Source of the DNA: a bacterium | GTDB lineage: Bacteria; Bdellovibrionota_G; JALEGL01 | Direction: 5' to 3' | Assembly (NCBI GenBank): GCA_022763185.1 | Contig: JALEGL010000012.1 | Location: forward strand, 65,546-129,545 | DNA: 64,000 bases | Shown: positions 28,472-37,366 of the stretch, piece after piece | How positions within the stretch are numbered: position 1 is the stretch's first letter | Layout: each line of letters opens with the position of its first letter | The notes under the pieces: generated by a model | Seen by the model: the letters and a program-made list of their open reading frames with translations, nothing else | Database searches by the model: none | Told to the model about the DNA's origin: nothing | Position numbers and translations under genes: made by a program

Positions 28472-30346
28472 TCAGTCCTTGCTATAATGAATTTTTGTTC
28501 TTTGTGAAACGATGATTAGGGTTAGTATAAGCATCAAGATTAAAAATGAATTGCCAGTTTGAGCTTTACAACTTGCTACATTTGATGAAACAAAAGATGC
28601 ATAAGTTTCTGTCTGATCTGGATCAGGCACAATAGGTGTTAAAGCTTCTTCAACAACGCGTATGGTTACATCAATTTGATCAGTTCCAACTACGCTTGTT
28701 GCCTCAAAGCTTACGGGATGATCTCCTAAATCAGACATGACAGGTGTCCATGAAAATGCGCCAGTATCGGTTTCAAAGCTGGCCGTACTGGGTAAACCTG
28801 AGGCGGAAAAAGTAACGGGTATCTGATCAACAGAAGTGTCGCTAACAACAAAACTAAGGTTGGTATTGACCAAGACTTCAATAATATTACCGGATAGGAT
28901 TGGAACACCGCCAATTTCTATTGAAGGAGGGGTGGCGTTAGAGTCTGGGGTTAGATTAATCGCTTCATATGCATTAATACCACCATGTCCAAAAAAAGTA
29001 TCGTAACCCGCTGCACCTAAGTCTGTAGCACTGTCAGTTAAAATGTTTTCTACCTGCGCAACGCTAAGAAATGGGTTTTTGCCAAGAGTTAACGCAGCTA
29101 CGCCAGCAACATGCGGTGCCGCCATGCTTGTTCCGCTGATGGTGTTGTATCCACCGTTACTCCATGTTGAAGTGATGTCTGAACCGGGTGCTGAGACATC
29201 GATAAGATTACCAAAGTTTGAAAAACTGCTCTTATTCCCACTTGAAGTATGGGAAGCAACAACAATACCGCCTTCTGAGTTTGATAAAGTTCCACAATTT
29301 GCTGGCGAATAGTTGGCAGCATTTGCATTACTGTTACCTGCAGCAACCACAACAACGGTTCCTCGTGATTTGGCATAATCTATAGCGGAACAAGTGACTT
29401 GACTTGGAGGACAAGCAGATTGGCATCCTAAGCTCATATTAATGACTTGTGCGCCATTGTCTGCTGCATATTCAATACCATTGGCTATCCATGAATCTAT
29501 ACCGCCATTGACGCCAAGTACTTTGACACCCATGACTTTGGCTTTATAAGCAACTCCAACTACACCCGTTGAATTGTTACCCGTTGCTGCGATAGTCCCT
29601 GATACATGAGTACCGTGGCCATTGCTATCAGAAATATCACCATTGCCAATGTTGTTCACAAAGTTACAGCCAGCAATATCGTCAACACAACCATTGTTAT
29701 CATCATCAATACCATTGTTAGGGATTTCATTGGGGTTGTTCCAAACATTATTGCTTAAATCAATATGATTGGTTTTTACCCCCGTATCAATAACGGCTAC
29801 AACAACATTCTCACCTTGTTCAGTATCCCAAGCTTGAGGTGCATTGATAAATGACATACCCCATAAGTTTGGTAAAAGAGGGTCATTGGTTGTTGCTGTC
29901 GGTACATATTTATTGCAGTTCATTTCTGCAAACTCGATATCTGGATTGTTTTTTAAGTCATTTAAAATAGCATTTGTATCAATAACGGAACTGTTTATTT
30001 TCATGCGCTGAATTCTTTTAAAATCATGCAGCGTATTTTCATTTTTAGATAGCGCCTTTGGATCATTACTGAGTTTTTTAATTTGAATAGCACTATTGTT
30101 TTGGAGTTGATGAACACTTAAACTATTCATGAAATTTGTATTTTTTTTGGGTAAAAACATGATTTCATTAGCATTACACGCAGTGTTAGCAGCTAAATGA
30201 GTGTTATGGCTGTATGAGACAGAAACATTGGGCTCTAATTGATTTTCATTGGCGCATGATACTAAGAGTTGTATAAATAATAAGAGCAAAAGAGAGTAGG
30301 GTATCTTATTTAACGGCTTCATATTAATATAAAACGCAACATACAT
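28472..30346 (-). CDS. Secreted subtilisin-like serine protease (S8) with a C-terminal extension and hydrophobic tail
   Basis: Catalytic triad 'VAVIDTGV', 'HGTHVSGTIAA' and 'GTSMAAPHVAG'. Signal peptide. The C-terminus ends 'SCKAQTGNSFLILMLILTLIIVSQRTKIHYSKD'. Confidence 0.88.
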   Translation of the reverse strand: MYVAFYINMKPLNKIPYSLLLLLFIQLLVSCANENQLEPNVSVSYSHNTHLAANTACNANEIMFLPKKNTNFMNSLSVHQLQNNSAIQIKKLSNDPKALSKNENTLHDFKRIQRMKINSSVIDTNAILNDLKNNPDIEFAEMNCNKYVPTATTNDPLLPNLWGMSFINAPQAWDTEQGENVVVAVIDTGVKTNHIDLSNNVWNNPNEIPNNGIDDDNNGCVDDIAGCNFVNNIGNGDISDSNGHGTHVSGTIAATGNNSTGVVGVAYKAKVMGVKVLGVNGGIDSWIANGIEYAADNGAQVINMSLGCQSACPPSQVTCSAIDYAKSRGTVVVVAAGNSNANAANYSPANCGTLSNSEGGIVVASHTSSGNKSSFSNFGNLIDVSAPGSDITSTWSNGGYNTISGTSMAAPHVAGVAALTLGKNPFLSVAQVENILTDSATDLGAAGYDTFFGHGGINAYEAINLTPDSNATPPSIEIGGVPILSGNIIEVLVNTNLSFVVSDTSVDQIPVTFSASGLPSTASFETDTGAFSWTPVMSDLGDHPVSFEATSVVGTDQIDVTIRVVEEALTPIVPDPDQTETYASFVSSNVASCKAQTGNSFLILMLILTLIIVSQRTKIHYSKD

Positions 30347-30362
30347 GCCAAATATTTTCTTT

Positions 30363-30446
30363 TTAAGTTGTTGAATTTTTTAGATTTTTATATTGATCAA
30401 TGTTGAAAAGTGCCAATTAAAGTTACCCTATGCAGGTTTTTCATAG
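30363..30446 (-). promoter_or_regulatory. Conserved ~86-bp upstream element, copy B (upstream of the subtilisin gene)
   Basis: Block 1 TTAAGTTGTTGAATTT (30363-30378, 16/16 identical to copy A) and block 2 GTTGAAAAGTGCCAATTAAAGTTACCCTATGCAGGTTTTTCATAG (30402-30446). Confidence 0.55.
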
Positions 30447-30598
30447 AGATTTGTGCTGACGTATAGCAATGTCAATATTAAAAGTTGGTCATGAAATTCA
30501 TTAATCTGGTGTCAAACTATACATAGTCCTGAAAAAAACATGTTTGTGAGTTACTTCAGAAAATAGTTCAACCTTAGTAGAAATAAAATAAAATAGAA

Positions 30599-30635
30599 AA
30601 GGCGCGCTAAGGGGAATCACTTCTTAGCGCGCCTT
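30599..30635 (-). terminator. Rho-independent terminator of the FHA/TonB-C gene
   Basis: AAGGCGCGCTAAG-gggaatcacttc-CTTAGCGCGCCTT. On the minus strand it is followed by TTTTCTATTTTATTTT. Confidence 0.75.
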
Positions 30636-30688
30636 CTGTTGATTTAACCCATCTTTACTTTCAGAAGTAAAGAAGCCAAACATACCTC

Positions 30689-32542
30689 CTAGAAGTTAGA
30701 TGAGTTAAATACAAATGGGAATGTAACCAAAACCGAAGCTCCGTTTCTTGGTTTTGGGAATCCCCAAGACGTTATTTCTCCAGTTAAGCAGCTATGCACG
30801 CTGGCATTTCTGACTGAAGATGATTTAATACCACTTTGGGACACACTACCACCTGGGTTAATGGTCCATTTGGCAACTATTTTACCGGATAAACCTGGAT
30901 CTTGTAGTAAGCCTTTTTCATAACAGTAACGTATTTCGGATAAGTGACTTTGTACAACCTTTGCAATTTCTGCTCGGGTTAAACCACCACCACGCACGCC
31001 TACATCACCTGGAGGTGGTGCAATATCAACCACTCTACCTTTAATTTTACGGCCAGTTTTAGCTCCCACAGAAGTGCTGCCAAAGCCGTTGCCTTGTGGT
31101 GACCCACCTTTACCACCTTTAAAGCGGCTGATTTGAGCCATGCGCACATCTTTACCTGGCATGCCACCAATATTGCCTGAAACTGAGAAGGTTTGCATGC
31201 CACCTTTGGCTCTTACCGCACTAACATTGGATACTGCGGCCAACAATTGGTTGGATGAGCTTTTGGTTTTACTGAACATACCTGTTCCACCCAGTTTACC
31301 CAATGCACCCACTTGACTGATATCAGGAACCTTGGTGGTTTTACGACTGACTTTTTGGTTATGCCGTACGCGACTCTTGGTCGTACGCTTAGAAATTTTA
31401 TGGGTTTTGGTTTTAGAAGGAACCGTAATTTTTTTCTTAGGTTTTACCGGTTGCACAACTTTTTTTGGTTTTGGTTTAGGCTTTGGTTTTTCAATTGCAA
31501 TTTGTGCAAAACGATTCAACTCTTCTTGTGTCAATTTTTTCTCAACGGGCTGTTGCGTTGAAAAAAGACTTAAACCCATAATAGCCACCAAATGTAAGGC
31601 AGTTAAAGCAATACTCAAACCATAATATTTTTTTGGCAAGCTTTTTTTAAGCTTGGCCAGTTGAATAGGGCTTAAACGGGTTTGTCTGATATAAAAACTT
31701 AAACCGTTGTATTGTAAAATAATTTTATCTTCAAGCAGTTGTCCCCAACCATTGCCATCAAAGGCTATTTTATTAACAACTGTTTCATAATGATCACCAT
31801 CGATTTCTTGGCCACAAAGAAGGTTAATGTCTTTAGAAATTAACAAATGTCCTTTTGAGTTTACTTTGATCTTAGGACCTTTTTTGCCAAATAGATTAAT
31901 TTGCATGTCTTCAATCATGGGCGTGCATTCAAAAACCTGTTCACCGTTATAACGAATAACTTCCCAAACCAACTCACCTTGCATGGGTTTTTTAAGCTCT
32001 TCTTTTAATAGCTTGTCACGCATAGAAAAGGTTGGAGCTGTAAAAATATCGTCTTCATCTTCGTCGTAATCTTCTGGTGTTAAACGATCGGTAACAACAT
32101 ACTCTTGACTATCTTCCATTACCGCAGATGTATCTTTTTTATGTTCAGGAATAAATAAGTCTGAACCATCATAAACATTGGCTATTTCAGTTTTTTCTAA
32201 AGAAGGAATCTTTATAGAAAATGTTGTACTACCGATAACAACTTCTTGATTGGGTTTAAGGTCAATGTTTAAAAATTCTTCGCCTTGATATTCAATACCG
32301 TTATTACTTTTTAAAGCTTCAAGTGAAAATGTTCCATCAGCATTAAGTCTTAAGGTTGCATGATGTCTTGAAACATATTTATCTTTGATAACAATGTCAT
32401 TTTTACTTGATCGACCAATGCTTGCTTCTGGATGACTTAATTTGAACTGTTTAGTCTTCCCATTGGCAAGTGAAATCTTGACAATATAGAGAAATCTAAA
32501 TCCCTGATTGACTTGTGCTATGACGGTGTTAAATGTTTTCAT
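30689..32542 (-). CDS. FHA-domain inner-membrane protein with KP-rich linker and AgmX/PglI (GltG/GltJ)-type TonB-C-like domain
   Basis: N-terminal FHA ('GRSSKNDIVIKDKYVSRHHATLRL'). TM helix 'YYGLSIALTALHLVAIMGLSLF'. '(KP)n' linker. C-terminal 'GGLTRAEIAKVVQSHLSEIRYCYEKGL...VTFPFVF'. Confidence 0.65.
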   Translation of the reverse strand: MKTFNTVIAQVNQGFRFLYIVKISLANGKTKQFKLSHPEASIGRSSKNDIVIKDKYVSRHHATLRLNADGTFSLEALKSNNGIEYQGEEFLNIDLKPNQEVVIGSTTFSIKIPSLEKTEIANVYDGSDLFIPEHKKDTSAVMEDSQEYVVTDRLTPEDYDEDEDDIFTAPTFSMRDKLLKEELKKPMQGELVWEVIRYNGEQVFECTPMIEDMQINLFGKKGPKIKVNSKGHLLISKDINLLCGQEIDGDHYETVVNKIAFDGNGWGQLLEDKIILQYNGLSFYIRQTRLSPIQLAKLKKSLPKKYYGLSIALTALHLVAIMGLSLFSTQQPVEKKLTQEELNRFAQIAIEKPKPKPKPKKVVQPVKPKKKITVPSKTKTHKISKRTTKSRVRHNQKVSRKTTKVPDISQVGALGKLGGTGMFSKTKSSSNQLLAAVSNVSAVRAKGGMQTFSVSGNIGGMPGKDVRMAQISRFKGGKGGSPQGNGFGSTSVGAKTGRKIKGRVVDIAPPPGDVGVRGGGLTRAEIAKVVQSHLSEIRYCYEKGLLQDPGLSGKIVAKWTINPGGSVSQSGIKSSSVRNASVHSCLTGEITSWGFPKPRNGASVLVTFPFVFNSSNF

Positions 32543-32575
32543 AATGATTCCTTTGTTGTTGGCTTCTTTGTTGGC

Positions 32576-32803
32576 TTAATATAAAGCGCTTTTTTTAACT
32601 TTCTTTCTATAGTTTAAACGGGGCTGAAGTTGGCTTTTTTGCTTCAGTTGGCCTCTGTCAGACATATAGACAGAGTCTGCGTTTTTAGTTTGTCCTTTAA
32701 TTTGCATGTTTCCAAAGTTAACTTTTGTTTGTCCAGACTTTGCAAAAAGGCTGCTTGAAAACAAAAGAACTATCGTTAAACTTATATTGATTATGTTTTT
32801 CAT
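32576..32803 (-). CDS. Small secreted protein
   Basis: 75 aa. Signal peptide 'MKNIINISLTIVLLFSSSLFA'. Lies between the ExbD-like gene and the FHA gene, with a 4-bp overlap with the ExbD stop. Confidence 0.4.
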   Translation of the reverse strand: MKNIINISLTIVLLFSSSLFAKSGQTKVNFGNMQIKGQTKNADSVYMSDRGQLKQKSQLQPRLNYRKKVKKSALY

Positions 32804-33285
32804 GATTCTCTCCTAAAGACGACAAAGCGAGATTTTGGATATCCTGCCATGCCGGATGATTTTAAAACTTTATCTAAAACTTCAAATGAAATACTTTGGT
32901 CTGCTTTGAGTAAAACAACACCTTCATCTTCTTTTTTAACTTTTCCAGAATTGGTTTGTTGGCTTCTGATTTGTACCAATTCTCTATACAAAGGTAATAT
33001 TTTTTGGCCATCAACTTGTGCTTGAATTTTTTTGCCATAGCGTAGTTTGGCGACAACTTTATCTTCAACCATAATAGCGTTCTGACTTACAGTAACATTA
33101 ACAGCATTGTTTAAACTTATTTCTGAGGTAGAGTAGGGGACTTTAATATCTTTAGGAATGCTGATGTCTTTTTGTTCTTCCGAAGAAAAGTTGAACAGCA
33201 AGAAAACCAGGATAATGGTAAACATGTCCATCATAGATGTAAGCATGATTGTTTCTTGCGGGACTTTGCGTTTTGGAAAATTCAT
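32800..33285 (-). CDS. ExbD/TolR-family protein (AglS/TolR-like motor subunit)
   Basis: 161 aa. N-terminal TM segment 'MLTSMMDMFTIILVFLLF'. ExbD fold periplasmic domain. Confidence 0.75.
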   Translation of the reverse strand: MNFPKRKVPQETIMLTSMMDMFTIILVFLLFNFSSEEQKDISIPKDIKVPYSTSEISLNNAVNVTVSQNAIMVEDKVVAKLRYGKKIQAQVDGQKILPLYRELVQIRSQQTNSGKVKKEDEGVVLLKADQSISFEVLDKVLKSSGMAGYPKSRFVVFRRES

Positions 33286-33775
33286 TTTAAATTACTCCTA
33301 CAGTGATACGTCCAAGGTTAATAAGGATTCTTTGAGCTTTTTTTAAATACATCATAACTAGCTCTATTAAGAGCAAATGTAGTGCCAGAAGGAATGAGGA
33401 AGAGTTTTTTTGAAAAACAAGTAAATTCAATTAGTTAGTTTTTTTTCTGGTTGTTTAAACTTTAAAAAGCGTAAATAAAAATTGCAATCATGCATTTTTT
33501 GCATAGTAGTTATGAGTTAAATAGTTGTTTTTTGAAATTGATACAAACTTCTTTTTGCATCAGTCTAAGTGTGGCTTTGTATAAAATAATACTTACGCTT
33601 CAGTACATAGTAATATTTTAAATGTATAGTTAAGCTGATTAACTGTATTCTTTGTAATGAATGAGTGATTTTATAATGCCAAAAGATTAAAATTGAAAAA
33701 ATTTAGCAAATTTTTTCTTGTATATTTATAGTGCTATTGTGCATTTTAGTTGGTATGAATAACACATAGATTAAA

Positions 33776-34135
33776 TTGGTTATTGATTTAATACATATCA
33801 ATAATAAATACCAGCCTGATAAACTTGAAATTTTGATTCATAATATTGCTCAAGATAGCAACTTACATATTGATGCTAATGTTCCAAAATGGCTTATTGA
33901 AATATTTTATGCTTTGTGTACGAACAAAGCTATAAAGGAAACAAGACTTATAACTGCCTATTATAATTACAGTAAAGAGGGAAGGGTTAGAAATTTTTTA
34001 GCGGAATTAGAGGATATACTTGAGGGAGAATGGGATGACTTTGGCGGAGGAATAACGCTTGTGCTATTTAATATAAATATGAAAGTCTTTATCTCATTTG
34101 AAAGCTCAAGCTATGAAGTATCTTTTTTAAAATAA
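33776..34135 (+). CDS. Hypothetical cytoplasmic protein (orphan, in an AT-rich island)
   Basis: 119 aa. No signal peptide and no recognisable motif. The surrounding DNA is markedly more AT-rich than the flanking genes. Confidence 0.35.
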   Translation: MVIDLIHINNKYQPDKLEILIHNIAQDSNLHIDANVPKWLIEIFYALCTNKAIKETRLITAYYNYSKEGRVRNFLAELEDILEGEWDDFGGGITLVLFNINMKVFISFESSSYEVSFLK

Positions 34136-34357
34136 ATCTTAGAGATGCTTTTTTCAATACTTAATCTTGTGCTGAAAAACACAATAATTTCAGCGCTATT
34201 GGAAGCAATACAAGTAATGAGGCAAAGTAATAGTAGGTTCTTATAAAAAAATACTGTAACTTTCTGCTATAGAAATATATCTTTGAAAACCTTGTGTGTG
34301 ACTAAGAAAAACTATACTTACGTTAGTTAATAAAGAGCTAGAAGCTTATAGAATGAG

Positions 34358-34458
34358 TGGCAAAAATTTCTAAGATTTAGCTCGAATTTGTCTATATTAG
34401 AATGTTGATCCAATATAGACAAATATTCGCTCTTATGTGCTCTGGTCAATTTTTGCCA
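34358..34458. repeat. Nested inverted repeats
   Basis: Outer 11-bp perfect inverted repeat TGGCAAAAATT (34358-34368) / AATTTTTGCCA (34448-34458). Inner 10-bp inverted repeat TTGTCTATAT (34388-34397) / ATATAGACAA (34413-34422). Read directly from the sequence. Confidence 0.5.
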
Positions 34459-34485
34459 TAGCGGATAAATCGCTTTTTGGTTTTT

Positions 34486-35151
34486 TTATTTGGAGATCTC
34501 AACTACATTCAAGTTTGCAACACCTAGCTCAAGTAACCATCCAAACATTGCACCTGCACTCCCAATAGTAGCCCTATCATATTGTCCATCCATATTATAT
34601 TGTCTGTCCATAAAGACCATCTCCGCTCCAATTACATTTGTAAACCCGATTTGAATACCAGAATATTTACCTTCTGGCGAACCATTGCCGTGGTATACAA
34701 CTATACTGGCGTTCACTTTGAATCCTCCATCGATGCCAAAACCATTATCAGTCTCTATATGATCACCGTCTTCATCAAAAATCAAGATATTGCCGATTTG
34801 TATATTCGGATATTTTCCCAGATTTAGGCATCTGTGTGATTCAGCCATAGCAATTAAGGCAAAACCAGCCCCACCACACAAATAAAAACGAGTGTTATTG
34901 CTCGCAAGCGTTTTGCTAGACAGGCTAGAGACTTCCATGAAAGACTCTACAGCTTCATCGTAGCTAATTTCCCCTCTCTCATGCAGCTCACTAATTTTAG
35001 TTTGAAGTTCATTGCGCTTTAGTTCTGCTAGGGCTTCTATATCTTCAGCTTGTGCTGAAGATAAATTTATAAGTAATGCCGCCATTACAACTCCTAAAGC
35101 CCGTAGACCTAATCTTTCTCTAAATAATGTATTTACTTGTCCCATTCTCAT
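34486..35151 (-). CDS. Hypothetical secreted protein (orphan, in an AT-rich island)
   Basis: The start is taken at the ATG at 35151, which is preceded by AAAGGAGA. Signal peptide 'MRMGQVNTLFRERLGLRALGVVMAALLINLSSAQA'. Gly-rich C-terminal half with no known domain. Confidence 0.45.
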   Translation of the reverse strand: MRMGQVNTLFRERLGLRALGVVMAALLINLSSAQAEDIEALAELKRNELQTKISELHERGEISYDEAVESFMEVSSLSSKTLASNNTRFYLCGGAGFALIAMAESHRCLNLGKYPNIQIGNILIFDEDGDHIETDNGFGIDGGFKVNASIVVYHGNGSPEGKYSGIQIGFTNVIGAEMVFMDRQYNMDGQYDRATIGSAGAMFGWLLELGVANLNVVEISK

Positions 35152-35571
35152 CTCCTTTGTTTTGATATTTTGCGACGCATTACACATAGCAAAGCTTATA
35201 CCAAGTTGCAAAAAATTATTTAGTAATAAAATCAAGCATTTAGATGTAAGTCCTTTCTCATTTGGCACAAATCGAGTTACTTATGTCGCAGAAAACTATT
35301 CACATCCTTCTATGAGCTACGTTTTTTAGTTATGTTAGTGTTTGTTTGAGTAAAAAACTTTAGGCTTTAAGAGTTAAGTTTGCTTTAAGAAAGGAAACTT
35401 AAAACGATGAAGAAAGATGTTTTTTTAAACTTGCAGAGGCTTTTGATGGTGTTTCACTCTAAGTTAGTTTGCCAGGACAATGCGCTATAGTTCGTATTAC
35501 TCCTGGTAATTGTTTCTTAAAATTTTTTAATGTTTCCAGAGCGTTTGAAGCGTTTTATATATTTTACTAAC

Positions 35572-35604
35572 AAAAAAGCTGCTTACGCGTGTAAGCAGCT
35601 TTTG
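35572..35604 (-). terminator. Rho-independent terminator (bidirectional in form) downstream of the TolQ/TolR pair
   Basis: AAAAAAGCTGCTTAC-gcgt-GTAAGCAGCTTTTG. Confidence 0.7.
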
Positions 35605-35634
35605 TAGTTAAGTAAATTTTAAGCTTCATTTAGA

Positions 35635-36162
35635 TTACTCTACGCCAACAGTACTGGTTAAAACAACTTCATTGTAGAGAAGTTTGCGTTCACCTTTACC
35701 TTGAGATTTTGCCCAACGAGCAGTGTCCATGACATTCACGAGCGTTTGATAGTTAATACTTTTATCTGGGAACATCATAACCGCTTTGCCTCGAGGAAAT
35801 CGTTCTTTAATACTTTGCAGTGTTAGGTTGAGTTTGTCATAGTCAAACTTGCCTTTACTTTTTCTAATACTTGTTCGGACACTATCCAGCTCTTGAGCTG
35901 TGAGGTTGTCGCCGCTACCGCTGATATGAAATCCATCAGATTCAACTCTTAAACTTATGTTTAAAACTTTTTCAGACTGTCCAGGTTTTAAAGGAGCATC
36001 AGCTATGGTTGGTACTGAAGCATTAATGATACTGAGTTTGATAAATGCTGCATTCATCAACAAGAAGGGGATTAGCACCACGAATAAGTTCATCATGGGT
36101 GTTAAGTTTACTTCTTCTTCAGTTGCAGTTTCTCTTACTGGAAATGTATCTTGTCCAAACAT
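35635..36162 (-). CDS. ExbD/TolR-family protein (AglQ/TolR-like motor subunit)
   Basis: 175 aa. N-terminal TM segment 'LTPMMNLFVVLIPFLLMNAAF'. Confidence 0.78.
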   Translation of the reverse strand: MFGQDTFPVRETATEEEVNLTPMMNLFVVLIPFLLMNAAFIKLSIINASVPTIADAPLKPGQSEKVLNISLRVESDGFHISGSGDNLTAQELDSVRTSIRKSKGKFDYDKLNLTLQSIKERFPRGKAVMMFPDKSINYQTLVNVMDTARWAKSQGKGERKLLYNEVVLTSTVGVE

Positions 36163-36190
36163 AGTGATTCTCCTTTAATTCCCGCCCCTA

Positions 36191-36853
36191 TTAATGGTTT
36201 TGACCTCTGATTACTCTTTGAGGTCCCACGCGCAAATCTTTATTTGATGCTGAAATCATATTCAAAAGCTCAATAGAGGACTCTTGAATACTGTCTAAAA
36301 TTTTATTTTGACGGTTCATTAGGATGTTAAAACCAATCAAACAGGGAATGGCCACAATCAAACCTGAAGCAGTTGTGAACATCGCTACAGAAATACCGTT
36401 GGCTAATGCTTCTTGTTTTGCAGCTGCTTCAGCGTTAGCAACCGCTTTAAAACACTGAATCAAACCTATAATGGTTCCTAAAAGACCCATTAAAGTAGCC
36501 ACGTTGGCTAACATGGATAAATATCCCGTGCGTTCACTGACTGTGGGAGTAACCTGCATGTATTTACTGGCAATGGCTCTTTCAATTTCTTTGTCACCTC
36601 TATTGGCTTTAACCAGAGCGGCATTGAGAACTTGAGGAAGAGGGTGGTTAAAAAATGAATGACAGGCTTGAATAGCGCCATTGATATCACCTGACTCAAC
36701 AGATCTAAAAATTCTTTGGCTGAAGTCTTTGGTGTTCAGGCTCAATTCAAAAAAGAGATAATAAGCTCTTTCTACCATGATGGTCAGTGCCACGATGGAA
36801 ACCGCTAAAATGGGGTACATGAACAGTCCACCTTTGTTTAATATTGCTAACAT
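36191..36853 (-). CDS. MotA/TolQ/ExbB proton channel (AglR/TolQ-like motor subunit)
   Basis: 220 aa. 'LSMLANVATLMGLLGTIIGLIQCF' and 'ISVAMFTTASGLIVAIPCLIGFNIL'. Confidence 0.82.
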   Translation of the reverse strand: MLAILNKGGLFMYPILAVSIVALTIMVERAYYLFFELSLNTKDFSQRIFRSVESGDINGAIQACHSFFNHPLPQVLNAALVKANRGDKEIERAIASKYMQVTPTVSERTGYLSMLANVATLMGLLGTIIGLIQCFKAVANAEAAAKQEALANGISVAMFTTASGLIVAIPCLIGFNILMNRQNKILDSIQESSIELLNMISASNKDLRVGPQRVIRGQNH

Positions 36854-37366
36854 AATAATGCTCCTTTTAAAGTGTTATTAATTCCAGGCTTTATAAGAGC
36901 AAGCTTGATGCCATTGTTGTTTGTGTTGTTTAGAAGAAAAAATAACAATATATTCAAATACTTATTTTTTAAAACTGAATGCAGTCAGTGCATAAAGTGT
37001 AAATAATTATTTACAGGCTGCAAAAATTGCATAGTTATTTGTAAAAACAATGTGTATTTGTTTTCATTGGATTGTTATTGCGCCAATTAAGTTAAGTTGT
37101 TCAAAGGGTGAGTTGTATAGATCGTGTAATTGTTGATAAAGCTGTTTTTATAAAAACAAGTTGCACGCTCTATATATAAATAATGAAACGCCTAACTGGA
37201 TAGACCATTTATAAAAAGGACACTCTTTTTTTTAGTGAGCTATGCAACTTTTTCTCAATTGCAAAAAAAATTACGCTCTCTACCATTTTTTATTATCTAT
37301 GGGGTAAAGAAATCAATGCGTTAAGTCAATTTTTAACTTGGTACAGTGCTTGCTCTTACTTAAGGC

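Noticed and set aside
31313-31625. Two ORFs (82 and 97 aa) antisense to the FHA/TonB-C gene
   Set aside because: They overlap the low-complexity (KP)n-encoding repeat of the real gene. Repetitive DNA yields long spurious antisense frames (poly-F/L/G translations).
33295-35640. Short direct repeat 'ATTACTC(C)TAC' at both edges of the AT-rich island, considered as a target-site duplication
   Set aside because: One copy is the RBS region of the TolR-like gene and the other spans the stop codon of the neighbouring TolR gene. At 7-9 bp in AT-rich DNA this is likely coincidental.
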